Shown piece by piece: positions 19,096-28,440 of a stretch of 64,000 bases of DNA. Both the position numbers and the translations under genes were made by a program. How positions within the stretch are numbered: the first letter of the stretch is position 1; the number at the start of each line of letters is the position of its first letter. Below the pieces are notes generated by a model. That model worked only from the letters and a program-made list of their open reading frames with translations. It did no database searches and was not told the DNA's origin. The DNA is from Acidimicrobiaceae bacterium (GTDB lineage Bacteria; Actinomycetota; Acidimicrobiia; Acidimicrobiales; RAAP-2): the NCBI GenBank assembly GCA_003133665.1, contig PKYK01000033.1, positions 5,146 through 69,145 on the forward strand, written 5' to 3'.

Positions 19096-20361
19096 GTGGT
19101 GAGTCGGAACGCGGAGTCGGGACCTCGAGAGACTGCCCAGGATATTGTCGACTACCTCAAATTCGCCGGCTTTGAACTGACCCGTGACCAGCTCTTGCGC
19201 CTCCACCAACGTCGACTCATCGATCGGCCCTTCCATGGACCCACCGGGGGGCGAGGCTTGCGGACGATCTATCCCGCCGGGACCGCTGAACGGATGTTGC
19301 GGATTGCCCAGCTGAAGACGACCTCGAAGCAGTTGGACGAACTGGCGTGGAGGTTGTGGTGGGAGGGATCGAGCGTCGAGCCGGACCTCATTCGTGATTA
19401 TCTCGTGAAGATGGCCAATCGGTGGGACGACCGATTGGGCGAGATTCGCCAAACCGCTGCGGCTTCCGTCACTGAAGAGGGTGCCGAGGGCGAGCGCGAC
19501 ATCTTGGACGAGGTGTTCTTTCAACACCTCAAACTCGTTCCCTCGATGGCGTCGGTTCGCAAGCGGCTCGGCAAGGGATCGGATATCTACCTCGAGTTTG
19601 CCGGTCTCCTGATTGACCTGTTTCGAGGGAATTTCTCAGTGTTGGGAGAGCGTGAGGTCTCTCTCTTCGATGCGGCCAACGGCGATACGTCGGACAACAC
19701 CTCGAATTCGGATGGATCGCAAGCGACCGCCCGGAGCGCCCTCGACGTCATGCAAGAGGCGGTGGCGCTGCCCTACGTTCAAGTGGTCGAATCACTCAGT
19801 GACGAGCAGATTGCCGCGGCGCGGCCGGTCGCCCTTCTCTTCTCGCGCATCATCGCCAGCATTGGCGAGATTATGCACGACGGCGACGCCGGCGCTGGCC
19901 GCGGCCACGACACGGTTGGCAAGAACCTGGTCGCCCTGTCGGAGAGCCCCGAAGAACAGGTGCTCTCTCTTCTCCTGACGTCGTCGTTCTTGAAGGACGA
20001 TCGCATCCGGGAGAGCATTCCCGAATTCGAGACGTTGGTGATCCACGCTCCAGCCATCTCCTATCTGGATTACCTGCGCATCAGGTTTCTCGCCCGCGAA
20101 GTTCCAGGCATGGGTCAATTGGTGGCGCCGAGCCGGATTCGCGAAGCTTTCGAGTCGTTCGAGGGCGCAGAACAGTGGCGCGCGAGTTTCGAGGTCTTCA
20201 GACTCGACCACTTGAAGGAGTTCGAAGTCGCCATGGCCAGCCGGCCGGAGCTCTTCGGCGAGCAACCTCCAAGCATTGAAGAACCAATGACCGACGGCGA
20301 CGACGAAGATTCAACCAAAAAAAAAAAAATAAAAACCGGCCTTAAAAGACCCAAGTCTTAG
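19096..20361 (+). CDS. Hypothetical protein with N-terminal MerR-like winged HTH
   Basis: 421 aa ORF with protein-like composition; N-terminal LTRDQLLRLHQRRLI..GGRGLRTIYP resembles a MerR-type HTH and wing. Confidence 0.65.
   Translation: MVSRNAESGPRETAQDIVDYLKFAGFELTRDQLLRLHQRRLIDRPFHGPTGGRGLRTIYPAGTAERMLRIAQLKTTSKQLDELAWRLWWEGSSVEPDLIRDYLVKMANRWDDRLGEIRQTAAASVTEEGAEGERDILDEVFFQHLKLVPSMASVRKRLGKGSDIYLEFAGLLIDLFRGNFSVLGEREVSLFDAANGDTSDNTSNSDGSQATARSALDVMQEAVALPYVQVVESLSDEQIAAARPVALLFSRIIASIGEIMHDGDAGAGRGHDTVGKNLVALSESPEEQVLSLLLTSSFLKDDRIRESIPEFETLVIHAPAISYLDYLRIRFLAREVPGMGQLVAPSRIREAFESFEGAEQWRASFEVFRLDHLKEFEVAMASRPELFGEQPPSIEEPMTDGDDEDSTKKKKIKTGLKRPKS
20317..20329 (+). repeat. A13 homopolymer within the 3' end of the CDS
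   Basis: 13 consecutive A in GC-rich DNA. Confidence 0.9.
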
Positions 20362-20544
20362 GCACGAATTGGCTCTGCTCGGCGGGTCGGTCACGACGGT
20401 TGCGGTGTCGTGGGCTCTTGCTCGCCCCGCAGCCTCTTCAAAGATCGTCGACCTGAGTGGTCGGCCCGATCTGAGACGGAACTTCTTGCAACGCAACGGC
20501 CCCGGGGCGCTTCTGCCGTCGACGTTTCAAGATCGGACTTCTAG

Positions 20545-20618
20545 TGGGCGCTGGGGGACTCGAACCCTCGACCTCAGCCGTGTGAAGGCTGCGCTCTAAC
20601 CAACTGAGCTAAGCGCCC
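20545..20618 (-). tRNA. tRNA-Val(CAC)
   Basis: GGGCGCTTAGCTCAGTTGGTTAGAGCGCAGCCTTCACACGGCTGAGGTCGAGGGTTCGAGTCCCCCAGCGCCCA folds as a cloverleaf with anticodon CAC; CCA is not encoded. Confidence 0.97.
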
Positions 20619-20681
20619 GGACTGGGAATCCTACCGTGTCAACGCCTCACTGTCATTTGGTTCGCGCTGTAGCCTTCATCC

Positions 20682-21341
20682 GTGCCAGAAAAACTAGATT
20701 CCGCCATATCCCGCTGGCGTCGCCCACGTCGCGAATCCGCCGTGCCTCGAAGTGTCGTGATGGGAATGGACAACATTGAACGAGCTGTGAGTTTCGTTGG
20801 CGGCGCCATCGCCATGATGTTGACGCTCCTCATCAGCCCCCACCTCTTCAAGAACACCTGGGTTACCGACACGGCGAAACGAGCGGCCGGCAAGTCGTGC
20901 GCCGCCCTCTATCACTACGACAAGTTGACCGGACTGTGCCAGTACCGACACCTCACGCATCCCTCGGACTGGCTTCCCCAGTTCCTCGAGATACTCGTGG
21001 TCGGACTGTTCTTGATCTTCTTCGCGTATCGCCGCAAGCGAGCCGGGGTCGCCTTTGCGGCCCTGCTGCTCGGTTTGGCCCTGGGCATCATTGGCCTCCC
21101 GTTCCTGTTCCTGGGCGGATGGCTGGTGATCCGAGCCCTGCGCCTGCAGAAGTACGGTGACGCCACATTCGCGGGGTCGTCGCGCCGAGCTCGCGAAATG
21201 GCCCAAGCCAAGAAGGAAGGGCGCGCCGTCTCCCCTTCGCCGTCCAAGGTGGCGAAAGGGACCAAGGCGACGCCAACGGCACCAACGCCTCCGGCGCCTT
21301 CCAAGCGCTACACGCCAAAACAGCGATCGCGTCGCCGCTAG
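20682..21341 (+). CDS. Hypothetical membrane protein
   Basis: Several hydrophobic segments and a basic C-terminal tail (PSKRYTPK); TAGCCT lies 6 nt before the GTG. Confidence 0.75.
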   Translation: MPEKLDSAISRWRRPRRESAVPRSVVMGMDNIERAVSFVGGAIAMMLTLLISPHLFKNTWVTDTAKRAAGKSCAALYHYDKLTGLCQYRHLTHPSDWLPQFLEILVVGLFLIFFAYRRKRAGVAFAALLLGLALGIIGLPFLFLGGWLVIRALRLQKYGDATFAGSSRRAREMAQAKKEGRAVSPSPSKVAKGTKATPTAPTPPAPSKRYTPKQRSRRR

Positions 21342-22082
21342 GTGATGTCGCAGCTCGGACTCGACTATCCGACGAAGTGGGGTCGCGGCTACGGCGCCCG
21401 CATCGTGCGCAACCTCCTGCAGGGCTACGTGCTGATGCCCTTCACCCGCTACCTCTCCACGCTGGAAGTTCGGGGCGTCGAGAACATCGCCGGACGGGGG
21501 CCATTCATCTTCGCGGCCAACCACACCAGCAACATGGACACTCCCCTCGTGCTCAGTGCGCTTCCCGCCGCCGAGCGCAAGCGCACCGTCGTCGCCGCTG
21601 CGATGGACAACTTCTTCATGGATTCGCGAAAGGCGTTTCGAACGGTGCTGCTCTTCAACGCGATACCGATCGACCGACACCGTGTCAACCGACGCAGCGC
21701 GCAACTGGCCCTCGAGCTCATCGAAGATCACTGGAATCTGTTGATCTACCCTGAGGGCGGTCGCACTCTCGACGGCCAACTCCAGGAGTTCAAGGGTGGC
21801 GCCGCCTATCTCGCCGAGCGGGCCAAGGCCCCCGTGATCCCCACGTACATCCACGGCGCGGGTTACCTGCAGGCCCGCAAATACGCGAAGGCGCCGAAGT
21901 ACGTCGACGGACCCAATCAGCGACGCCACCACGTCATCGTCGCCTTCGGTCCGGCACTTCGCTGCGCAGAGGGCGAGAATCTTCGCCGGTTCTCCACTCG
22001 AATAGAAGGCGCCGTCGTGCAACTGGGCCGCGCCGTCGGCGCCGACCCCTCGTACGGCGCTATTCGAGGGGACGAAGGCTGA
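21342..22082 (+). CDS. 1-acyl-sn-glycerol-3-phosphate acyltransferase family
   Basis: ANHTSNMD, IYPEGGRT and FKGGAA motifs. Confidence 0.92.
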   Translation: MMSQLGLDYPTKWGRGYGARIVRNLLQGYVLMPFTRYLSTLEVRGVENIAGRGPFIFAANHTSNMDTPLVLSALPAAERKRTVVAAAMDNFFMDSRKAFRTVLLFNAIPIDRHRVNRRSAQLALELIEDHWNLLIYPEGGRTLDGQLQEFKGGAAYLAERAKAPVIPTYIHGAGYLQARKYAKAPKYVDGPNQRRHHVIVAFGPALRCAEGENLRRFSTRIEGAVVQLGRAVGADPSYGAIRGDEG

Positions 22083-22749
22083 GCGTCGCGCACCGTTCGG
22101 CGTAGAGCCGATCGGCCACGCTCGCGAGGGGTTCGAGTTCTTCACCGAGAACAGTCGCGAGCACTTCGTCGGCGAACCACGGGTTCATCGCGAGCACCGG
22201 TCCGTGCGCGTACGTTGCCCATATCCGCTGCGAGCGGTAGCCGTCCACCACGCCGTCGTTGCCCCGTCCCCGCGCCACCGCGCCCAGTGCGGCGATGTCC
22301 GAGCCCAGCGTGGTTCGCCCTCCGTGGTTCTCGAACCCCACGAGCCATCGATCCCCGACCCTGACGGCCAACTCGCCGACGGAGCGACTCGAGCCCCGTC
22401 GGGTCACGACGTCGACGAGCCCAAGCCCGGCGTACTCCTCGTTGCCTTCGACGCTGAACGAGTGTCCCAGTATCTGTAGCCCCGCACAGACCGCGACAAC
22501 GTGAGCGCCGCTCTCTACGCGTGACGAGAATGAGCCCTTGGCCAACAGGTCACAGGCCAGCCGTTGCGGGCCGTCCTCCCCTCCGCCCAGCAGGTAGATC
22601 GAGGCGTCCGGCACGTCCTCGTGAAGGCCCACCGCAGCGAGCGACGCGTCGATGCCCCGCCGCCGGGCCCGCTCGAGGAGTACGAGGCCGTTGCCCCCGT
22701 CGCCGTAGGTGCCCAGCAGATCCGGGTACAGGACCGCAATCTTCAACAC
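22060..22749 (-). CDS. gatD: Lipid II amidation glutaminase subunit (CobQ-like GATase)
   Basis: LYPDLLGTYGDGGN, GGGEDGPQ, VCAGLQ, GFENH and TYAHGPVL motifs; real start overlaps the murT stop. Confidence 0.9.
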   Translation of the reverse strand: MLKIAVLYPDLLGTYGDGGNGLVLLERARRRGIDASLAAVGLHEDVPDASIYLLGGGEDGPQRLACDLLAKGSFSSRVESGAHVVAVCAGLQILGHSFSVEGNEEYAGLGLVDVVTRRGSSRSVGELAVRVGDRWLVGFENHGGRTTLGSDIAALGAVARGRGNDGVVDGYRSQRIWATYAHGPVLAMNPWFADEVLATVLGEELEPLASVADRLYAERCATLSLRPLE

Positions 22750-23963
22750 GGCGCGGTTCTCGCCAACCACTCGCTGAACGCCGTGTAGTTGGCCACGAGG
22801 GCCACCGGCTCGGCCACCACCGGCAGCGACGCTTCGTCGTCGACGACGCGATAGTCGACGTCGGCGTACTCGAGCCGCGTCGCCAGATCCAAACGTCGTT
22901 CGCCCATGCAGTAGATCCGATGGCCACGCAACGACTCGAACGGCACGTCGTAGAGCCACGACGGATCTCGCCCGTCGGCGATCCGGGCGTTGATGGCGAT
23001 CCAGACTTCCACGGGCTCGGGGTCGATGGTGGAGAGAATGGCAGTGAACCCCGACGGATTCTTCGCGAGCAAGAGCCGCACCGTGTGCCGGTTCCACCGT
23101 CGATAGGTGAATCGGCCGGCCACGTCGCGTAGCGCGTTGATCCTTCCAACTGAATCAGCGACTCCGACCCCCACCTCGGCCAACGCCGTCACGGCCAGAG
23201 CGGCGTTCGCCTCGTTGAAGTGACCGGGAATCGACAGGTCGAGGGTCGCGGGTGAACTCCCGACGACGAGCCCTTCACCCAGGGTCGACGTGATGGCCAG
23301 CGGCTTCGCAAAACCACACGAGCAGCGCCACGAATTTGACTCGTGGACCAGGGGCCGCGTGCACTGCGGACACGAGGAGGCGTCGCCGAGCCAGCTCGTC
23401 GGAACGTCGCACCACCGAACGTGTCGCGCCCCTGCTGCGGCGAACACCACCAGTGGGTCGTTCGCGTTGGCGACCACGACGAGTTGATCATCCGGATGGC
23501 TACTCAGTACCCGCCGCCACCGCTCGGCCATTTGACGAACCTCGTTCGCCCGGTCGAGTTGGTCGCGCGAGAGGTTGAGCAGGACGACCACGCGAGGCTG
23601 AGTGGTCCGAACGACTTCGGGCAGCCACGCTTCGTCCACCTCGAGGACCACCCTCGAACCCGGCGATCCGACGAGGGCCGCAACGTGGCCGGCCGGCATA
23701 TTGGATCCGGTTGCGTTGGTGATCACGTCACCGCCCCACCCGGTGGCGATCATCGCGGTGGTGGTGGTCTTGCCATTGGTGCCGCTCACCACGATCACGG
23801 TGCGACCTCGGGCCAACCGACCCAACAGTTCGGGACAGATCTTGAGCCCCACCCGGCCTCCGGCGACCGTTCCGGTGCCTCGACCACTGACGCGCGACAG
23901 CCAGTTCACGCCACGCACAGCGGCGCTCGCGACGCGTGCGCGTAGTGAAAGGCCGTTCGTCAT
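22743..23963 (-). CDS. murT: Lipid II isoglutaminyl synthase (Mur ligase plus DUF1727)
   Basis: SGTNGKTTT, GSNM, LEVDE, NLSRDQLDR, CPQC/CSCG, LLAKNP, DGRDPSWL and ANYTAF motifs. Confidence 0.92.
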   Translation of the reverse strand: MTNGLSLRARVASAAVRGVNWLSRVSGRGTGTVAGGRVGLKICPELLGRLARGRTVIVVSGTNGKTTTTAMIATGWGGDVITNATGSNMPAGHVAALVGSPGSRVVLEVDEAWLPEVVRTTQPRVVVLLNLSRDQLDRANEVRQMAERWRRVLSSHPDDQLVVVANANDPLVVFAAAGARHVRWCDVPTSWLGDASSCPQCTRPLVHESNSWRCSCGFAKPLAITSTLGEGLVVGSSPATLDLSIPGHFNEANAALAVTALAEVGVGVADSVGRINALRDVAGRFTYRRWNRHTVRLLLAKNPSGFTAILSTIDPEPVEVWIAINARIADGRDPSWLYDVPFESLRGHRIYCMGERRLDLATRLEYADVDYRVVDDEASLPVVAEPVALVANYTAFSEWLARTAPC

Positions 23964-23989
23964 TGCTCTCACGCTAACAACACCCAAAA

Positions 23990-24075
23990 ACACAAAAGGA
24001 CCAACCGGGGGGAGGTTGGTCCTTTTGCAAAACCTTTGCTCTACCCAAAAGGGGGGGTATTGAGTAGAACCGGCG
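23990..24075 (-). ncRNA. 6C RNA
   Basis: The minus strand has two hairpins with C-run loops (TCTACTCAA-TACCCCCCCTT-TTGGGTAGA and AAAAGGACCAACC-TCCCCCC-GGTTGGTCCTTTT), a U-rich tail and CATAAT upstream. This is the actinobacterial 6C architecture. Confidence 0.82.
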
Positions 24076-24101
24076 ATACCAATTATGACGGCTCAGCACG
24101 T

Positions 24102-24147
24102 ATCATGCAACAAGATTTGACCGATACTTCCCATCTGTATAATTGAT
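24102..24147. promoter_or_regulatory. Two ATC-N9-GAT LysR-type boxes and TATAAT promoter of lysR
   Basis: ATCATGCAACAAGAT at 24102-24116 and ATCTGTATAATTGAT at 24133-24147; TATAAT at 24138-24143 is 6 nt before the ATG. Confidence 0.65.
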
Positions 24148-24149
24148 GA

Positions 24150-25079
24150 ATGGAGATTCGTCAACTTGAGGCCCTGTTGGGGATTGCCGACCACGGTACC
24201 TTCTCGAGCGCGGCCGAGGCGCTCGGGACGGTGCAGTCCAATATTTCCAACCGAATTGCCCGTTTGGAAGCGGAACTGGGCACCGAACTCGTGAACCGCG
24301 CCAGCGGGACGGTCACCGAATCCGGTGACATCGTGGTGCTGAGAGCCCGGCGGATCCTGAGCGAGCTGGGCGCCATCGCTTCTGACGTCTCCGAGCTCAA
24401 CGCCGATATCCGCGGTCAGGTGTCGCTCGGCATGATCGGCACCGCCGGACGGTGGATCGTTCCGCTCCTTCTCGAAGCCCTGCGCACGACCTATCCGCAC
24501 ATCGCACTGCGAATAATCGAGGGTTCAAACTCCACCCTCGAACCCCAGGTCATCAACGGCCAACTGGACCTGGCAGTACTCGCCTGGCCGGTGCTCGCGC
24601 CCGAGCTCACCGAGTCCGAACTCTTCAACGAGGACCTGGTCCTCATCGTTGACCGGCAACATCCGCTCGCGCGCACGGGGGGGTCAGTGTCGTTCCACAC
24701 GCTCGCCAACTACGAACTGTTGTTGCCCCTGACGGGTACCCCGATTCGAAGAGAGATCGACGAGGCGAGTCGTGCCCAGGGAGTCGAGCTGCGACCGCTC
24801 ATCGAGCTCGACGGACTGCGCACCATCGCCTCGCTCACCTTCGACGGTCACGGACCATCAATCCTGCCCGCCACGACGTTGTCGCAACACTTGCGCGAGA
24901 AGTTCGTGGCGGTGCACATCGACAACATCGCCAAACGTCGTGCGGTCCTGGTGGGGCGTCGCTTCGGATTCCCCGCCGCACCGGTGCGCGCCACCCAGGC
25001 GCTGCTGTTCGACGTGGTGCGAAATCCCGTCAACGTGCCCGACGGTGTCTACCTTCCCTCTTCGCCGTCTCTGCAATAG
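24150..25079 (+). CDS. LysR family transcriptional regulator
   Basis: MEIRQLEALL..FSSAAEAL..QSNISNRIARLEAELG HTH followed by a substrate-binding domain. Confidence 0.95.
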   Translation: MEIRQLEALLGIADHGTFSSAAEALGTVQSNISNRIARLEAELGTELVNRASGTVTESGDIVVLRARRILSELGAIASDVSELNADIRGQVSLGMIGTAGRWIVPLLLEALRTTYPHIALRIIEGSNSTLEPQVINGQLDLAVLAWPVLAPELTESELFNEDLVLIVDRQHPLARTGGSVSFHTLANYELLLPLTGTPIRREIDEASRAQGVELRPLIELDGLRTIASLTFDGHGPSILPATTLSQHLREKFVAVHIDNIAKRRAVLVGRRFGFPAAPVRATQALLFDVVRNPVNVPDGVYLPSSPSLQ

Positions 25080-25086
25080 TCAAGGG

Positions 25087-25719
25087 GTGCCGACCCCGAT
25101 TTCCCCCGCCGATATCGCCGCCCATATCCGTCGTCGCGACCGCGCCTTCAAGTCGGTGATCGCGGCGGCCGGTCCGCCGCCGACCAGGCGGAGCGCACCA
25201 GTCGCCGATCGCTACGCAACGCTGGCTCGTTCGATCACGTCGCAGCTCCTCGCCACGAAGGCGGCGGACACCATCCACGGTCGGGTCAACCAACTCTGCG
25301 GCGGCACGGTGACCATCGACGCCATCATCGACGCGGGGGCCGCCCAATTGCGCACCGCCGGCCTTTCTCTCACCAAGGCGCAAGCGATGGTGGATCTCGC
25401 GCAGAACGTGCGCGAGGGACGCGTGCGGCTCGCCCGACACGGACGCATGAGTGACGCTGAAGTGGTTCGCGACGTGACCGCCGTGCGCGGTATCGGGCCG
25501 TGGACCGCCCAGATGTACCTAATGGGCACGTTGGCGCGTCCGGACGTCTGGCCCGCCGGGGACTACGGCGTGCGTCACGGGTGGAGCATCACGCACGGGT
25601 TGGATGAGCTGATCAGTGAGAGAGAACTCCGTGAGGCCGGTGACGTCTTCGCGGGCGTTCGCTCGTCGGTCGCGTGGTACTGCTGGCAGGCCGTTCATTT
25701 CGGCCGCAGCGCGAACTAA
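25087..25719 (+). CDS. DNA-3-methyladenine glycosylase II (AlkA-like, HhH-GPD)
   Basis: SITSQLL..AA and VRGIGPWTAQMYL..RPDVWPAGDYG motifs. Confidence 0.9.
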   Translation: MPTPISPADIAAHIRRRDRAFKSVIAAAGPPPTRRSAPVADRYATLARSITSQLLATKAADTIHGRVNQLCGGTVTIDAIIDAGAAQLRTAGLSLTKAQAMVDLAQNVREGRVRLARHGRMSDAEVVRDVTAVRGIGPWTAQMYLMGTLARPDVWPAGDYGVRHGWSITHGLDELISERELREAGDVFAGVRSSVAWYCWQAVHFGRSAN

Positions 25720-25729
25720 TCTCGCAGCC

Positions 25730-27124
25730 ATGACCGCACTCTCCCTCGCCGACTTCGAACGCGACGCCCTCGACACCTTGACCCGGTACGGGACCATCCC
25801 GTGCCTTTCGCCAATGTTCGACGACGAGTGGGCAAACCACGGCCATCTCGATGCGGCCGTTGCGCTGCTGGCCGACTGGGCGCGGGCTCGTCGTCTGGCG
25901 GACTTCGACGTGCAGGTTCACCATCTCGAGGGACGAACCCCGCTGCTCACGATCACGGTCGAAGCGACGGGAGCCAGTTCCGGCACCGCCGTGCTCTACG
26001 GCCATCTCGATAAGCAGCCGCCGCTCGGTGACTGGTCCGAAGGCCTCGACCCCTTCATCCCGGTGCGGCGCGGCGACCGACTCTACGCGCGCGGCGTGGC
26101 CGACGACGGCTACTCGACGTTCAGCGCGTTGCTCGCGCTCGAATCGATGGAGGCCAACGGCACTCCCCACAGTCGGTGCGTGGTCCTGATTGAAGCGAGT
26201 GAGGAGAGCGGGAGTCCCGACCTCGAGGCGCACCTCGACGCTCTCACGGACCATCTGGGGATCGTGGAGCTGATGATCTGTCTCGATTCGGGAGCGCTCA
26301 CCTACGACCGTCTGTGGGTCACGACGTCGCTTCGCGGCGTGCTCAATGTGGAGCTGACGGTGCGAGTACTGGCCCGCGGACAACACAGCGGCTCGGCCAG
26401 TGGCGTGGTCCCTTCGTCGTTTCGCGTCCTTCGCCAACTCCTCGACCGGGTGGAGGACTCCACGACCGGCGAGGTGCTGCTCGACGAGCTGCGAGCGGAT
26501 ATCCCCGAAGAGCACATCCGGGCGGCCGAGGCCGTCGCCAGTGAGTTCGGCGACGTGATTGCCCGCGAACTGCCGGTCCTCGCCGGCGTCGAGCTCATGG
26601 GATCAACGCCGCACGAGCAGATTCTGCGTCGAAATTGGTACCCCACCCTCTCGATTGTCGGCATGGGCGGCATTCCCGAACCGGCTATCGCCGGCAACGT
26701 GTTGCGTCCCTCAACCACCGCGGTGCTGTCGTTCCGTCTTCCTCCTTCGGTCAACTCCGAACGAGCCGCGAACGCGGTTCTCCGTGCGCTCACCACCGAC
26801 GTCCCGTCGTCGGCTGAGGTGACGCTCACCATGCACCCAGCTGACGGATGGGTGGCTCCCCCGCTGGCTCCGTGGCTCAGCGAGGCTCTCGAGTCCGCGT
26901 CGATCGAAGCGTTCGGCCGCCCGCCGGCCTTCACTGGCGAGGGCGGGTCCATACCCTTTCTCGCCTCGCTGGCCAAGCGGTACCCCGCGGTGCAGTTCGT
27001 CGCCACCGGCGTACTCGGGCCCGACTCGAACGCCCACGGTATTGACGAGATGCTCGACCTGCCAACGGCGGTCGGCGTCACCAACGCGGTCACTACCCTG
27101 TTATCTGCCTATGCCGCCAAGTAG
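25730..27124 (+). CDS. M20/M25/M40 metallopeptidase
   Basis: YGHLDKQP, RGVADDG, EESGS, HSG, GGSIPF and NAHGIDE motifs. Confidence 0.93.
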   Translation: MTALSLADFERDALDTLTRYGTIPCLSPMFDDEWANHGHLDAAVALLADWARARRLADFDVQVHHLEGRTPLLTITVEATGASSGTAVLYGHLDKQPPLGDWSEGLDPFIPVRRGDRLYARGVADDGYSTFSALLALESMEANGTPHSRCVVLIEASEESGSPDLEAHLDALTDHLGIVELMICLDSGALTYDRLWVTTSLRGVLNVELTVRVLARGQHSGSASGVVPSSFRVLRQLLDRVEDSTTGEVLLDELRADIPEEHIRAAEAVASEFGDVIARELPVLAGVELMGSTPHEQILRRNWYPTLSIVGMGGIPEPAIAGNVLRPSTTAVLSFRLPPSVNSERAANAVLRALTTDVPSSAEVTLTMHPADGWVAPPLAPWLSEALESASIEAFGRPPAFTGEGGSIPFLASLAKRYPAVQFVATGVLGPDSNAHGIDEMLDLPTAVGVTNAVTTLLSAYAAK

Positions 27125-27135
27125 AAGGGCTCCCC

Positions 27136-27738
27136 ATGCCACAACAAGTTGACCTCTGGGTCGACCCCGCGTGTCCGTGGGCGTGGATCACGTCACGCTG
27201 GCTTCTCGAGGCCGCCCAGGTTCGCGATTTGGATGTGCGCTTTCGCGTGATGAGCCTCGCCGTGTTGAATGAGGGTCGCGACCTGCCCGAGCACTACGTT
27301 GACTTCTTGGAGAAGTCCTGGGGACCGGTGCGCGTTCTGATCGCCGCCGAGCAACGTCACGGCAACCGCGTTATCGAACCGCTCTACAGCGCCATGGGTC
27401 GGCGTCATCACGTGGAGGGCGAAGAGGACTTCGACATTGTGACGGCGGGCGCTCTCGCCGACGCTGGTCTCGAATCGGACCTGGCGCTGGCGGCCCGGGT
27501 CACCGACTTCGACGACGCACTTCGCGCCAGCCACCATCAGGGTATGGACCCGGTCGGTCTTGAGGTCGGTACGCCCGTCATCCACGTCGGCGACATCGCG
27601 ATATTTGGCCCCGTCGTGACGCCCGCGCCCAGGGGCGAGCAGGCTGGCAGACTCTATGACGGCGTACTCGCGGTGGCGGGCACGCCGGGTTTCTACGAAC
27701 TCAAGCGCACCCGGACCGAAGGACCAATATTCACATGA
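27136..27738 (+). CDS. DsbA-like mycothiol-dependent reductase (Rv2466c family)
   Basis: DPACPWAWITSRW, VGTPVI, FGPV and FYELKRTR motifs. Confidence 0.88.
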   Translation: MPQQVDLWVDPACPWAWITSRWLLEAAQVRDLDVRFRVMSLAVLNEGRDLPEHYVDFLEKSWGPVRVLIAAEQRHGNRVIEPLYSAMGRRHHVEGEEDFDIVTAGALADAGLESDLALAARVTDFDDALRASHHQGMDPVGLEVGTPVIHVGDIAIFGPVVTPAPRGEQAGRLYDGVLAVAGTPGFYELKRTRTEGPIFT

Positions 27739-28439
27739 TCACCCGTCACGTACTTCCCAACGGCACGCCACTGCAGATCGCGGGCGACGCGAACGCGCGG
27801 CGCGCGCTCATCGTCGTGCAAGAGGCCTTTGGCGTCAACGACCACATCCGTTCAATGGTGGAGAAATTCGCGGCGCGGGGTTACTACGCCGTGGCCCCCG
27901 AACTCTTCCACCGCACTGGCTCGCCCGAAGTGCCCTACGACAACTTTCCCGAAGCGATGACCTCACTCGGCACGTTGAGTCACGACGGACTCTCCGAGGA
28001 TCTCGTGGCCACCGCCGACTATCTGAACGCCGCCGGATTCCCCACCGCATCGATCGGGATCGTCGGTTACTGCATGGGTGGATCCGTCTCGTTTTTCGCC
28101 GCGACGCTCGGCATCGCGGGCGCCGCCGCCAGTTTCTACGGTGGCGGCATCGAGACCGGCCGGTTCGGGCTTCCACCGCTCTTGGCACTGGCGCCAACGC
28201 TCCAGTGCCCGTGGCTCGGCCTCTACGGCGACCTCGACAAGGGGATCCCCGTCGAGCAGGTCGAGGCGCTCCGGGTTGCCGCGGCATCGTCCGGTTTGGC
28301 GACTGACGTCATCCGTTACCCCGACGCCGAACACGGCTTCAACTGCGACGGTCGCCCGGCGGTCTTCAACGCCGAGGCGTCCGCTGACGCCACTCGACGC
28401 ACGATCGAGTTCTTCGCGGCGAATCTCGTCGCGAAGTAG
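27735..28439 (+). CDS. Dienelactone hydrolase family
   Basis: QEAFGVN, GYCMGG and HGFNCD motifs. Confidence 0.93.
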   Translation: MITRHVLPNGTPLQIAGDANARRALIVVQEAFGVNDHIRSMVEKFAARGYYAVAPELFHRTGSPEVPYDNFPEAMTSLGTLSHDGLSEDLVATADYLNAAGFPTASIGIVGYCMGGSVSFFAATLGIAGAAASFYGGGIETGRFGLPPLLALAPTLQCPWLGLYGDLDKGIPVEQVEALRVAAASSGLATDVIRYPDAEHGFNCDGRPAVFNAEASADATRRTIEFFAANLVAK

Positions 28440-28440
28440 G

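Noticed and set aside
24150-25079. oxyR assignment for the LysR regulator
   Set aside because: The protein has no cysteines, despite the ATC-N9-GAT boxes.
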